Source: Bacilli bacterium
GTDB taxonomy: Bacteria; Bacillota_I; Bacilli_A; RFN20; CAG-826
Direction: 5' to 3'
NCBI GenBank assembly: GCA_016298185.1
Contig: JAEDDA010000001.1
Location: 15,974-79,973 of the forward strand
Length of the DNA: 64,000 bases
Shown: in pieces, positions 19,389-28,805 of the stretch
How the letters are laid out: the number at the start of each line of letters is the position of its first letter
Numbering within the stretch: position 1 is the first letter of the stretch
Notes under the pieces: generated by a model
Databases searched by the model: none
What the model saw: only the letters and a program-made list of their open reading frames with translations
Told to the model about the DNA's origin: nothing
Translations under genes and position numbers: made by a program

Positions 19389-21239
19389 ATGGCCAACAAA
19401 AAAGAACTTAAAAAAGTGAATATTGCTGAGATTAAGGACCCAACATTCCTTAAAGATCTTTCCTATGCTGAATTAGACCTTCTCAGCAAAGATATTTGTG
19501 AATATATCGTGGATAAGACTGCAATTAATGGTGGTCATCTTTCTAGCAACCTTGGCGTCATTGATGCCACAATTGCTTTATGCCGTTCCTTTGACTTCAC
19601 CAAAGACAAAATAATTTTTGATGTTGGTCATCAATGCTATACATATAAAATCCTTACAGGTCGTTCTTTAGAACGTTTAAGAAAAAAAGATGGTGTTTCT
19701 GGTTTCCAAAAGATGTCCGAATCACCATACGACCACTTTGAATGTGGCCACAGTTCAACATCAATCTCTGTCGCTAAAGGTATGGCGGTAACAAGAGATT
19801 TAAATAAAGAAGATTATAGTGTTGTCGCATTCATTGGCGATGCTAGTTTTGCTAACGGCCTTGCTTTCGAAGGCTTGAACAACCTTACAAATGGAAATAA
19901 CAAAGTTATTATCGTTTTAAACGATAACGATATGTCTATCACTAAACCTGTCGGTGGCTTAGCCAAAACATTTAGAAAACTTTCCAACTCATCTTTATAT
20001 CGCCGCAGCAAGCATAGATACCAACGCATTATGAAGAAAACAAGATTTGGTCGTTGGATTCTCGGCTGGACTGGTGCGATTAAAAACTGGTTCAAACGTC
20101 ACGTCATGGCGATGAATGTTTTTGATAACATCGGTCTTGCTTATATCGGACCAGTTGATGGTCATAACATTAAATCTATGGAAGCAGCCTTTAAAAAGGC
20201 TAAGACATACGATAAATCTGTCGTTATCCATATTAAGACTATTAAAGGCAAAGGCTATAAATTCGCTGAAAACGAAGACAATGGTAAATGGCATGGTGTC
20301 AGCGGTTTTGATAAAGAGACAGGTAAGATTAACACAAATGAGAATTTGGTGTCTTGGTCCACTATTTATAGCAAAGCTATATTAGAAGAAATGGCTAATC
20401 GCCCAGAAGCTGTCGCGGTTATTCCTGCAACAGCCGTTGGTAGCGAACTTCAACCTGTTTTTGAATTCTATCCAACTCGTTCATTCGATGTCGGCATAGC
20501 CGAAGAACATGCTTTAACTATGTCTGGCGGTCTTGCGGCAAGTGGAAAACATCCAATTGTTTCCATTTATTCCACATTCCTCCAAAGAGCGTTTGATGAA
20601 CTCAGTCACGATATCGCGAGAATGAACCTTAATGCGACTATCTTAATTGATCGCGCTGGTTTAGTAGGTGAAGATGGCAATACTCACCAAGGCATCTATG
20701 ATGAACCATTCTTATTAGCCACACCAAATACCGTTGTGACTATGGCATCAAGAGAAAGTGAAGCTTTTGCTTTATTCAAAGAATCATTTAATAATCACGG
20801 TGTGTTCTGTATCCGTTATCCACGTTCTAAAATGCTTCCAAGTAACAAAAGAGAAGAACTTTCCTTTGGAAAATGGAAAAAAGAATTATCCGGCAAGGAT
20901 ACTGCGATTGTTTCTGTCGGTCCATTAACTTTAGACCTTAAGAAACTCTTAGAAGAAAACAAAAAGGAAGTTTCTTTATATAACGCTATTTATATGAAAC
21001 CTATGGATGATGAAATCATCTCTAAGGAACTTGTTAAATATAATCGTGTCATCATCTATGATGCTTATTCTGTAGAAAACGGTTTCGCCCAATATTTAAG
21101 TGTCAAATTAGTAACTTTAGGATATAAAGGTGAAATCATTATTAAATCCATTCCTGATGTGTTCGTGAATCATGCCTCCATTAATGAACAACTCGATGGA
21201 TTTCATCTTCAACCAGAAGATATTTTAAAATTGTTATAA
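19389..21239 (+). CDS. dxs: 1-deoxy-D-xylulose-5-phosphate synthase
   Basis: TPP-dependent transketolase-like. 616 aa. GDGxxxxG and PTHQG motifs. Confidence 0.9.
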   Translation: MANKKELKKVNIAEIKDPTFLKDLSYAELDLLSKDICEYIVDKTAINGGHLSSNLGVIDATIALCRSFDFTKDKIIFDVGHQCYTYKILTGRSLERLRKKDGVSGFQKMSESPYDHFECGHSSTSISVAKGMAVTRDLNKEDYSVVAFIGDASFANGLAFEGLNNLTNGNNKVIIVLNDNDMSITKPVGGLAKTFRKLSNSSLYRRSKHRYQRIMKKTRFGRWILGWTGAIKNWFKRHVMAMNVFDNIGLAYIGPVDGHNIKSMEAAFKKAKTYDKSVVIHIKTIKGKGYKFAENEDNGKWHGVSGFDKETGKINTNENLVSWSTIYSKAILEEMANRPEAVAVIPATAVGSELQPVFEFYPTRSFDVGIAEEHALTMSGGLAASGKHPIVSIYSTFLQRAFDELSHDIARMNLNATILIDRAGLVGEDGNTHQGIYDEPFLLATPNTVVTMASRESEAFALFKESFNNHGVFCIRYPRSKMLPSNKREELSFGKWKKELSGKDTAIVSVGPLTLDLKKLLEENKKEVSLYNAIYMKPMDDEIISKELVKYNRVIIYDAYSVENGFAQYLSVKLVTLGYKGEIIIKSIPDVFVNHASINEQLDGFHLQPEDILKLL

Positions 21240-21282
21240 TTTGGTTAACATAATCTAAAACGCCATTATATAATAATGATGT

Positions 21283-22476
21283 ATGAGTAAAGTTATTGTT
21301 CACATAGATTTGAACGCCTTTTTCGTTCGTTGCGAAGAAATTAAAGACCCATCTTTAGAAAATAAAGCTGTGGCTATTGGACACGAAGGACGAGGAGGAA
21401 TTGTTTCAACTTGTTCTTATAAAGCTCGTGAATATGGTGTTTCTAGTGGAATGCCAATGTTTAAAGCTAAACAACTTTGCCCACATCTCATCGTTAAACC
21501 TGTCGATTTCCGCTTTTATCACGCCCTTAGTGACACTTTTAAGAACTTTGTGAGGCGTTATACCTCCAAAGTGGAAGAAGCCTCTGTAGACGAGTGTTTC
21601 GCTGATTTCACAGAAGTAATTAAAAAAGAAAAGAATGCCGAAGCCTTTTTCAAGAAACTTCAACAAGACTTATATAAAGAAACAAAACTCAAATGCTCTA
21701 TAGGCATCGCTCCTACTAAGTTTTTGGCGAAAATGGGTAGCGATTATAAAAAACCAATGGGCATCACCATCATTAGAAAGAGCGAAATTTCAAAGATTTT
21801 ATATCCACTATCTATAGATAAATTCTACGGAATCGGTAAAAAGACCGCTCCAAGATTAAAAGCTATGGGTATTAACACAATTGGCGATTTAGCAAACCTT
21901 TGTAATTCCAACGATCCAAAACTTTTAGAAGAACTCGGCAAATTCTTCGTAGTCATTAAGGATTGGGTCAATGGACGCGGCTCAGATGAAGTCTACACTG
22001 AAGCCTGGAATCCAAAATCAATCGGTAATTCCACAACGCTTATGGAAGATACCTCCAATCATGAACTCATCTCCACCACTTTTAGATATTTATCTAAAGA
22101 AGTATCGGAACGCGCCATTAGAGAGAATAAATTAGGTCCCACCATACAAATAGTTGTCAAAGAAGCAGAAATCTCTGAGAACGGCTTTAAAAGCCATAAC
22201 AAATCCATCACATTACCTAATCCAACTAACAATGCTGATGTGATTTATAATGCTGCGATGGATTTATATGATAAGAACTTCTCAAAAATGACCGTGCGAC
22301 TTGTTGGTGTAACATTACAAAATTTAATTGATAGCAAAGACATCGCTATTCAAATGAGTTTATTTGATTATCAAATACATGAAGAAGAAAGCAGCACCAA
22401 GTTGTTAATAAATGAACTAAATAGAAAACTTAAAAAGAAAGCACTTATACGCGCTAGCGAGGTAGAGAAAAAATGA
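21283..22476 (+). CDS. dinB: DNA polymerase IV (Y-family)
   Basis: VIVHIDLNAFFVRCEE palm motif. 397 aa. Confidence 0.85.
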   Translation: MSKVIVHIDLNAFFVRCEEIKDPSLENKAVAIGHEGRGGIVSTCSYKAREYGVSSGMPMFKAKQLCPHLIVKPVDFRFYHALSDTFKNFVRRYTSKVEEASVDECFADFTEVIKKEKNAEAFFKKLQQDLYKETKLKCSIGIAPTKFLAKMGSDYKKPMGITIIRKSEISKILYPLSIDKFYGIGKKTAPRLKAMGINTIGDLANLCNSNDPKLLEELGKFFVVIKDWVNGRGSDEVYTEAWNPKSIGNSTTLMEDTSNHELISTTFRYLSKEVSERAIRENKLGPTIQIVVKEAEISENGFKSHNKSITLPNPTNNADVIYNAAMDLYDKNFSKMTVRLVGVTLQNLIDSKDIAIQMSLFDYQIHEEESSTKLLINELNRKLKKKALIRASEVEKK

Positions 22477-23357
22477 TGGAAATAATCGATGCTGTTGAAG
22501 CATATCAACAATACCTTTTAGTGGAAAAGGGTTTATCAAGACAAACCGTTGTCTCTTATATTGAAGACTTGAAACAGTTCTTCCAATTTTTGCCTGACCG
22601 CAAATATGTCGAAGACTTACTTCCGGAAGATCTCAATGAATTCGTAAGAAGAGAATCTGTTGTGGGACACTCTGTTTCTACAGTGATGAGAAGGCTTTCC
22701 TCTATTAGAGGATTCTTCATCTTCTTAAAGAAAGAAAAGTATTATAACGACGAAATTCCTGAAGTTAAAACCATGAAGAAACAAGAACGACTCCCCAACT
22801 GTTTATCTATAGAGGAAGTCGAAGACTTATTAAACACTCCTGATATTAGAAGACCCGAAGGTTTAAGGGATCGCGCTATGCTTGAAACAATGTACGCTTC
22901 AGGCTTACGTGTAAGCGAGTTGCTCGCTCTTGAACGCAGCCGCGTGAACTTTAAAAAAGCGATTATCACAATATTCGGTAAAGGTGCTAAAGAAAGAAAG
23001 GTTCCTTTAGGAGACTTCGCTATCGAATATATTCAAAAGTATGTCGATGAAGTTAGAAGCAAAAATCCAGGAAGCGATTCTAAGTATCTATTTTTAAATA
23101 GATATGGAGAACCATTATCCAGACAATATTTCTTTAAGCAAATAAAAAAATACGCTGCTGAGGCAGGTATTATTTCGCCTGTGTCCCCGCACACCTTGCG
23201 TCATAGTTTCGCAACGCACCTGCTCGAGAATGGCGCGCAACTACGTGCTGTGCAAGAGATGCTCGGCCATTCCAATATCGCAACTACGCAAATATACACG
23301 CACATAAGCACCAAACGAATTTTAAGTGCGTATGATTTGTATATGAAACGCAAATAA
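22473..23357 (+). CDS. xerD: Site-specific tyrosine recombinase XerD/XerC (chromosome dimer resolution)
   Basis: RHSFATHLLENGAQLRAVQEMLGHSNIATTQIYTH catalytic box. 4-nt ATGA overlap with dinB. Confidence 0.8.
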   Translation: MMEIIDAVEAYQQYLLVEKGLSRQTVVSYIEDLKQFFQFLPDRKYVEDLLPEDLNEFVRRESVVGHSVSTVMRRLSSIRGFFIFLKKEKYYNDEIPEVKTMKKQERLPNCLSIEEVEDLLNTPDIRRPEGLRDRAMLETMYASGLRVSELLALERSRVNFKKAIITIFGKGAKERKVPLGDFAIEYIQKYVDEVRSKNPGSDSKYLFLNRYGEPLSRQYFFKQIKKYAAEAGIISPVSPHTLRHSFATHLLENGAQLRAVQEMLGHSNIATTQIYTHISTKRILSAYDLYMKRK

Positions 23358-23391
23358 TATAAAATATAAAGCAGTTAGAGAGGAGACATTT

Positions 23392-24612
23392 ATGTCCCAT
23401 AAATACAAAAGAATATTTGTCATTGTAGCTGACTCAGTTGGTGTTGGATACGAACCAGACGCAGACAAGTTTTTTAATGACGGCCACAATGATGTTGGAA
23501 GTAACACAATTGTTCACATTTCCGAAAAAATGCCTAACGGATTAAATGTTCCAACCATGAATTCTTGGGGTTTACACGATTTGGATAACAATATCGTCGG
23601 AACAAGCAAAGTTAGCCATCCACATGCATTCGTTGCAAGATCAAGAGAAGCCAGTAATGGTAAAGACACTATGACAGGTCACTGGGAAATGATGGGTATT
23701 TATACTACAAAACCATTTCAAACCTTCACAGATAATGGTTTCCCAAAAGAACTCATTGATGAACTTGAAGCCAAGACCGGTCACAAATGTATCGGTAACT
23801 ATGCTTCTAGTGGTACAGAAATCCTTGTTAAATTAGGTGAAGAACAAAAAAGAGACAATTCTTTGATTGTCTATACCTCTGCGGATAGCGTGTTACAAAT
23901 CGCTGCGCATGAAGAAACCACACCTGTTCCTGAATTATATCGCTGCTGCGAAATCGCACGTGAAATTTGTATGAAACCAGAATGGATGGTGGGTAGAATC
24001 ATCGCTCGTCCATTTGTTGGCGAAAGCGCAAATGATTTTAAACGAGTGGCTGCACATAGACATGACTTAGCATTAAAACCTCCAGTGAAGACCGTAATGA
24101 ATGTCTTACAAGATAACGGCTTTATGGTTGACTGTGTCGGTAAGATTGGTGATATCTTTGATGGTTATGGCGTCGTTAAGACACAAAAGACATCTTCTAA
24201 TGAAGATGGTATGGATAAGACCATTGAAGAAGCCAAGAACTTCGATTTCACAGGTTTATGCTTTGTTAACTTAGTGGAATTCGATAGTGAATATGGCCAC
24301 AGAAGAAATCCAATTGGTTATGGTGAATGTTTAGAAGCTTTCGATAAACGCTTAGCGGAACTTGAAAAAGTTCTTAAAGATGATGACTTAGTTATCGTTA
24401 CAGCGGACCACGGAAATGATCCAACTTGGTATGGCACAGATCATACAAGAGAGAAAATCCCTCTATTGATGTTCTCCAAATCCATCAAGAATGGTCGTTA
24501 TTTAGAGGAAAGAACCACATTTGGTGATATCGGTGCGACAATCTTAAAGAACTTTGGTTTAGAAAAACCTGATAATCTCTTAGGTGAACCAATCGAAGAA
24601 TTATTTGAATAA
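23392..24612 (+). CDS. deoB: Phosphopentomutase
   Basis: 406 aa. Alkaline-phosphatase-superfamily metal ligands (TADHGND). Confidence 0.85.
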   Translation: MSHKYKRIFVIVADSVGVGYEPDADKFFNDGHNDVGSNTIVHISEKMPNGLNVPTMNSWGLHDLDNNIVGTSKVSHPHAFVARSREASNGKDTMTGHWEMMGIYTTKPFQTFTDNGFPKELIDELEAKTGHKCIGNYASSGTEILVKLGEEQKRDNSLIVYTSADSVLQIAAHEETTPVPELYRCCEIAREICMKPEWMVGRIIARPFVGESANDFKRVAAHRHDLALKPPVKTVMNVLQDNGFMVDCVGKIGDIFDGYGVVKTQKTSSNEDGMDKTIEEAKNFDFTGLCFVNLVEFDSEYGHRRNPIGYGECLEAFDKRLAELEKVLKDDDLVIVTADHGNDPTWYGTDHTREKIPLLMFSKSIKNGRYLEERTTFGDIGATILKNFGLEKPDNLLGEPIEELFE

Positions 24613-24630
24613 AATTTATTTCATAGAAAT

Positions 24631-24653
24631 AAGCTGCTTCGGCAGCTTTTTTT
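24631..24653 (+). terminator. Rho-independent terminator after deoB
   Basis: AAGCTGC / ttcg / GCAGCTT (perfect 7-bp stem, UUCG tetraloop) followed by TTTTTTT. Confidence 0.7.
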
Positions 24654-24706
24654 GTGCAAAAAATTTGATGGTGGGACACTAACGAAGTCTAATAGGAGGG
24701 TTTTAC

Positions 24707-25273
24707 ATGGAAAAGTTTAAAACCGAGAAAAACATATTTGCGGATTATGGAAGCAAATTAGCTCTTCGACAAAATGGTATGAGAGAGCAGTTAGACTGGA
24801 TTAGACGCCAGCTGGAGTATTTTTCTTTTGCGGAGAAGTATTCATTAAGGTACGACCTCAAACAAGGCGAGATTTATGAGTTTGATTGGGGTCTCAATGT
24901 GAACGCTGAATTCTCGAACAGACATTATGGCGTGGTTATGGTCGACTCAGATGTCTTTAATCCGTTAGTGACAATCTGCCCGCTAAAAACAAATCATGGA
25001 TCGATGTGTCCAAGAAGCGATGTCGACATTGGGGTCGTTCATTGTTTGAACACCAGCAAGTCAACATTGGCAGTCGTGAATCAAGTCAGGACAATTGACA
25101 AACTGAGACTCTACACAAAGAGAATTATTGGAGTCAAAACTGATATGCTTTCCGACTCAATTACTGAAGAAGAATATACAATAATGAGGTTAGAAAATGA
25201 AAAGTTCTCGCGGATTCAAAAAGCTTATTTTGACTACTTAAATGGGAAACTTGGTGACATACGAGAGCGGTGA
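24707..25273 (+). CDS. MazF/PemK-fold (CcdB/MazF superfamily) endoribonuclease-toxin-like protein with about 50-aa N-terminal extension. No adjacent antitoxin.
   Basis: GEIYEFDWGLNVNAEFSNRHYGVVMVDSDVFNPLVTICPLKT and LAVVNQVRTIDKLRL match the MazF pattern GDLIWVDFDPTKGSEQAGHRPAVVLS...VPCTT...ALADQVKSID. Codon usage is GC-richer than neighbours. TTGATG-N17-TCTAAT promoter-like upstream. Confidence 0.55.
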   Translation: MEKFKTEKNIFADYGSKLALRQNGMREQLDWIRRQLEYFSFAEKYSLRYDLKQGEIYEFDWGLNVNAEFSNRHYGVVMVDSDVFNPLVTICPLKTNHGSMCPRSDVDIGVVHCLNTSKSTLAVVNQVRTIDKLRLYTKRIIGVKTDMLSDSITEEEYTIMRLENEKFSRIQKAYFDYLNGKLGDIRER

Positions 25274-25292
25274 ATTAGTAGCAAATTAGTAC
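25273..25292 (+). repeat. Copy D (variant) of TTAGTA-family repeat (aattagtag-c-aaattagta) overlapping stop codon of 24707-25273 gene
   Basis: aattagtag shared with 34384-34392. Tandem aattagta units. Confidence 0.4.
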
Positions 25293-25481
25293 ATTTTATT
25301 GCAAATGAGTCATGTTTAAATGTGTGGAAAAGTCGCCTTTTCAACATGTGGATTTGACTGTTGATAATTTGGAAAAATAACCGAAAAACGCTATTGTAGA
25401 TATCTGTAGCATTGTTTTGGTTAACATAATGACTATTATGCGAAGTTAATATATTTTAGCGTTTTATCAGTGAAAGCGAAC

Positions 25482-25507
25482 AAAAGAAAAGAGAGCGTCT
25501 TCCGCTC
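25482..25507 (-). terminator. Rho-independent terminator after nadD/yqeK (minus strand)
   Basis: Minus strand GAGCG / gaaga / CGCTC followed by TCTTTTCTTTT. Confidence 0.55.
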
Positions 25508-25530
25508 CCTCATCTAATCTGATTATTCAA

Positions 25531-26616
25531 TTAATCTAAATATTGTTTAAAACATTTATAGGTTAATCGATTATTTATATCTTTTTCCTTACTTAATAAG
25601 AAGTCTTTGTTAGCTTGTAAGACTATTTTGAAGCCTTGTTCAGCATCATTTTTCATAGCGTTGATTAAGTCGCTTGAGTCAAAACCTCTTGTTGGCTCAA
25701 TCTTGTCCGAGGCGTAAATAATCTTAGCGAGCAAACCCATATTTTCGTTTCCTGTTGAATGGAATTTGATGGCTTCAATGATGTCTGGGTCTTTGAACCC
25801 GAACATTTCTTGAACTAAATGAGCGCCAGCAAATTGATGATAAGCAAACTTTGGGATGTCCGCGTACTCTGGATAATACTTTTTGGTCATTTCGTATTGT
25901 TTGTCTTCAGCAATATCTTTACCAATATCATGGAAAAGACCAGCGATGAATGCCTTAAGAGGATTGTCTAAGTTATTTGCTTTAGCGATTTCATAAGCTG
26001 TCTTAGCGACGCTTTTAGAATGAGCCAAGCGATGAGGGGTCAAAATGTAATTGAGTTCCACCATTCCCTCATATAAATTATGTTCTACTATGTAGAAAAG
26101 GACATCATCAGGTAATTCGAATGATTTTAATTTTCTGATATCTGTGGATGATACCTCAATTCCGAGACCTTCAATCTTTTGCATATGGAATCTTTTTATG
26201 TTCTCTGGATCTTCAACATATCCAGGTCTTGTATAATATACAATTTGTAAAAGTTCCGCTATTTTGTCCGCTTCTTTCCAACGATCAAAAGCATTAGCTT
26301 GATCAACACCGATCAAAAAGAAGAGATTATCGTTTGGGTATTTTTCTTTGAAATAGAGAACTGTATCGATGGAATAATTCACATCTTTTTCACTATTTAG
26401 TTCAAATTCATCTATCGAAAGATTCTTTTTATCTTTGATGGCAAGTCTTAACATATTCATTTTGTCGTTAATGGACGCCGAAACTTCCTTCCATACTGAA
26501 ATACGTGCTGGAACGAAGATTACTTCTCCATCAAGTTCTTTTGCGGCTTTTAAAGCCATATTAATATGCCCGTTATGGACGGGATCGAATGCGCCACCAA
26601 AAATTATTCTATTCAT
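25531..26616 (-). CDS. nadD: Fusion of nicotinate-nucleotide adenylyltransferase NadD with YqeK-type HD-domain hydrolase
   Basis: N-terminal IFGGAFDPVHNGH nucleotidyltransferase motif. C-terminal HD domain (HSKSVA...FHDIGK). 361 aa. Confidence 0.8.
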   Translation of the reverse strand: MNRIIFGGAFDPVHNGHINMALKAAKELDGEVIFVPARISVWKEVSASINDKMNMLRLAIKDKKNLSIDEFELNSEKDVNYSIDTVLYFKEKYPNDNLFFLIGVDQANAFDRWKEADKIAELLQIVYYTRPGYVEDPENIKRFHMQKIEGLGIEVSSTDIRKLKSFELPDDVLFYIVEHNLYEGMVELNYILTPHRLAHSKSVAKTAYEIAKANNLDNPLKAFIAGLFHDIGKDIAEDKQYEMTKKYYPEYADIPKFAYHQFAGAHLVQEMFGFKDPDIIEAIKFHSTGNENMGLLAKIIYASDKIEPTRGFDSSDLINAMKNDAEQGFKIVLQANKDFLLSKEKDINNRLTYKCFKQYLD

Positions 26617-26910
26617 TTACTTAACTAACTTAATTTTATGGTTATCTTTGCTAAAGCGATATAAAACGATAACACGTCCCACGACTTGAACCAATTCCGC
26701 ATTTAATCTGCTAGATAAATCTAGAGCAAGTTCCATAATTGGATTTGTTACAGATTTCATGACATCAATTTTAATTAATTCACGAGCTGTGAGTGCTTTA
26801 TCAAGCATGGCTATAACAGTATCAGTGATTTCGTTTTTACCAACTTGATACTTTGTATCTAATGTACTAGCTAAGCCTTTTAATTGTCTTTTTTGATTTG
26901 GAGTTAACAT
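26617..26910 (-). CDS. yhbY: YhbY/CRS1-family RNA-binding ribosome assembly protein
   Basis: 97 aa. LTPNQKRQLKGLA...GKNEIT motif. Confidence 0.7.
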   Translation of the reverse strand: MLTPNQKRQLKGLASTLDTKYQVGKNEITDTVIAMLDKALTARELIKIDVMKSVTNPIMELALDLSSRLNAELVQVVGRVIVLYRFSKDNHKIKLVK

Positions 26911-26915
26911 ATTTA

Positions 26916-28058
26916 TTACCTTAATTTACCTAATGATTCCTTAAGAGCGGATCCCTTTGGGAACATGACTCTAATAACTTGGCCCTTGGCCACGAATGAA
27001 ATCCAACCTAAACCTTCAACGGAAATATCATGGACTTTGCCATCGTTTTCCATTGTGTATTCAAAGAAGTCGTAATCACGGAAGTTATCAATTCTTTCGC
27101 TGACTGGTCTTAAATAACGTTTTCTATTATTTTCTTCTAAGAAGTCATTAACTTTACTTGCGGCAATCTTTTTAATTTCCACGCCTTCAGCGCAATAGAA
27201 CTTAATGGCTGTTGGTTTTCCAGAGAAGAGTTCGAAGTACGCTAATGACCCAGCGACTAAAGCATCGCCTTTCACCAATGTGCGGTAATGTGTTTCCACT
27301 TTTCTCCTTGGGATAATTAATTTTTGGACTTCTTTTTCAACTTTACCAACTACTGATGTCGCTAAAGAGAAACCGGGAAGTTCATATAAGAATGATGAAT
27401 TGGTAATAGGAATACTCATGACCTTAACGTTTGTTCCGCGATAACTTTCAGATTTGATAGGCCATTTTGTTTTATTTTCATAGTGTTTTAACATTTTGTT
27501 AATTAACACTGTTTTTCCTGAACTTTTAGAACCGATTAAATAAATATCGTGTGCCTTACGAGCAGAGTTAAAATGTTTCATTAAAGGTTTGATGTCGACA
27601 TCGCTTTCACTTCCGAGAATACTGACGGAATCTGGTTTAATACCAACTTCTTCAAAACGTTCTGTTAAGAATTGTGCTAATGTTTTATCTTTAATGATGT
27701 TAGAGAATAAATCTCTATGGGTGCCGATAACCGCTACTTTTAAGCGTTTAATCTTTTTAATAATGTCTGGATTTAATGTCCCATTAAATGTGAATAAATC
27801 GACAACATAAATTATGTAAGCATCTGTTGCTACAGCATCATCTAAGATCTTTGCAGTTTGTTTATCGATGTTTTGTTCGAGAGCACCAGTATTGATGCTT
27901 TTCATTTCATCAAAACACTTTTGACAGTACAAGACTTGGCTATCCCATGTATAACCATCAAGTAATTCCGCAGGAACATATCCTTTTTCACTTACTTTTT
28001 TACTTTGTAAAACTGCACCACAGTTATAACAACGTAACACTCTTCTAACTTTTCCCAT
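26916..28058 (-). CDS. yqeH: Ribosome biogenesis GTPase YqeH (circularly permuted GTPase with N-terminal zinc ribbon)
   Basis: CYNCGAVLQ...CQKC zinc ribbon. G motifs. 380 aa. Confidence 0.8.
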   Translation of the reverse strand: MGKVRRVLRCYNCGAVLQSKKVSEKGYVPAELLDGYTWDSQVLYCQKCFDEMKSINTGALEQNIDKQTAKILDDAVATDAYIIYVVDLFTFNGTLNPDIIKKIKRLKVAVIGTHRDLFSNIIKDKTLAQFLTERFEEVGIKPDSVSILGSESDVDIKPLMKHFNSARKAHDIYLIGSKSSGKTVLINKMLKHYENKTKWPIKSESYRGTNVKVMSIPITNSSFLYELPGFSLATSVVGKVEKEVQKLIIPRRKVETHYRTLVKGDALVAGSLAYFELFSGKPTAIKFYCAEGVEIKKIAASKVNDFLEENNRKRYLRPVSERIDNFRDYDFFEYTMENDGKVHDISVEGLGWISFVAKGQVIRVMFPKGSALKESLGKLR

Positions 28059-28578
28059 AAATCGTCCTCCAACTTATTAAGTTACCCCTTTTCTTATGGT
28101 ATTTTCTGATTATTCTTCCGAAAATTCTATTGAAACGCGTAGTCCATTGATCTTCTTTAACAATCTTATCGGTCAATATGACACGTATTCCCACTCTTTT
28201 AGCAGCGGCTACATCTGTTATCATTTGGTCCCCGACTAACATGACTTCTTCTTTATTCCATCCATGTTGTTCAATGAACTTCCTGATTCTGAACCCAAAG
28301 GGTTTGGCCGCGCTATTAATGTAGATGAGGTTTAAATCATTCGCATATGTTCTCACGCGTTTACCCCTGTTATTAGAAACAATAACTGGTAATATGCCTG
28401 CTTCTTTGATCTTTTTGACAAGGTCATAAGCTCTTTCAGTTGGGTGATAGAGTTTATAACTATCTAATGTGTTATCAAGATCCATTAACAAAACTTTGAC
28501 ATTTTGTTGTTTGAAGAAATCGATATCTATTTCATAGATAGATTCAGCAACTGCAAATGGAACATACTTGTTTTTCAT
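28045..28578 (-). CDS. yqeG: YqeG-family HAD-IIIA phosphatase
   Basis: DLDNTL motif I. 177 aa. Directly upstream of yqeH as in Bacillus. Confidence 0.75.
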   Translation of the reverse strand: MKNKYVPFAVAESIYEIDIDFFKQQNVKVLLMDLDNTLDSYKLYHPTERAYDLVKKIKEAGILPVIVSNNRGKRVRTYANDLNLIYINSAAKPFGFRIRKFIEQHGWNKEEVMLVGDQMITDVAAAKRVGIRVILTDKIVKEDQWTTRFNRIFGRIIRKYHKKRGNLISWRTIYGKS

Positions 28579-28746
28579 AATCTATAACTCAATTGTAAAT
28601 GAAAAAGTCTTATTTTAATAGACTTTATTATTTTATATATATAGAAAAATAGCAATTTCAGAAAACCGCTTTTATATAAAAAACTATTTATTATAAGAAA
28701 TTAATCATTACAGAAGGGAATCGTAATATCCGAGCATAAAATTGTA

Positions 28747-28785
28747 AGAAAAATAAACCCATCAAGCTGATTGCAAGATGGGTTT
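28747..28785 (-). terminator. Rho-independent terminator after parC (minus strand)
   Basis: Minus strand AAACCCATC / 13-nt loop / GATGGGTTT followed by ATTTTTC. Confidence 0.5.
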
Positions 28786-28805
28786 CGCGTAATTTCTAAT
28801 ATCTA

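Noticed and set aside
22473-23357. Tyrosine recombinase as a marker of an integrated mobile element
   Set aside because: It has the XerD/XerC catalytic box and chromosomal context (dinB-xerD-deoB, as ripX near drm in Bacillus). No att-like repeats or phage or IS genes are nearby. It is a housekeeping dif recombinase.
25308-25376. 22-aa ORF (MFKCVEKSPFQHVDLTVDNLEK) downstream of the MazF-like gene as a possible antitoxin
   Set aside because: It has no RBS, spans the palindromic hairpin, and is far shorter than any known MazE/PemI-type antitoxin. There is no support.
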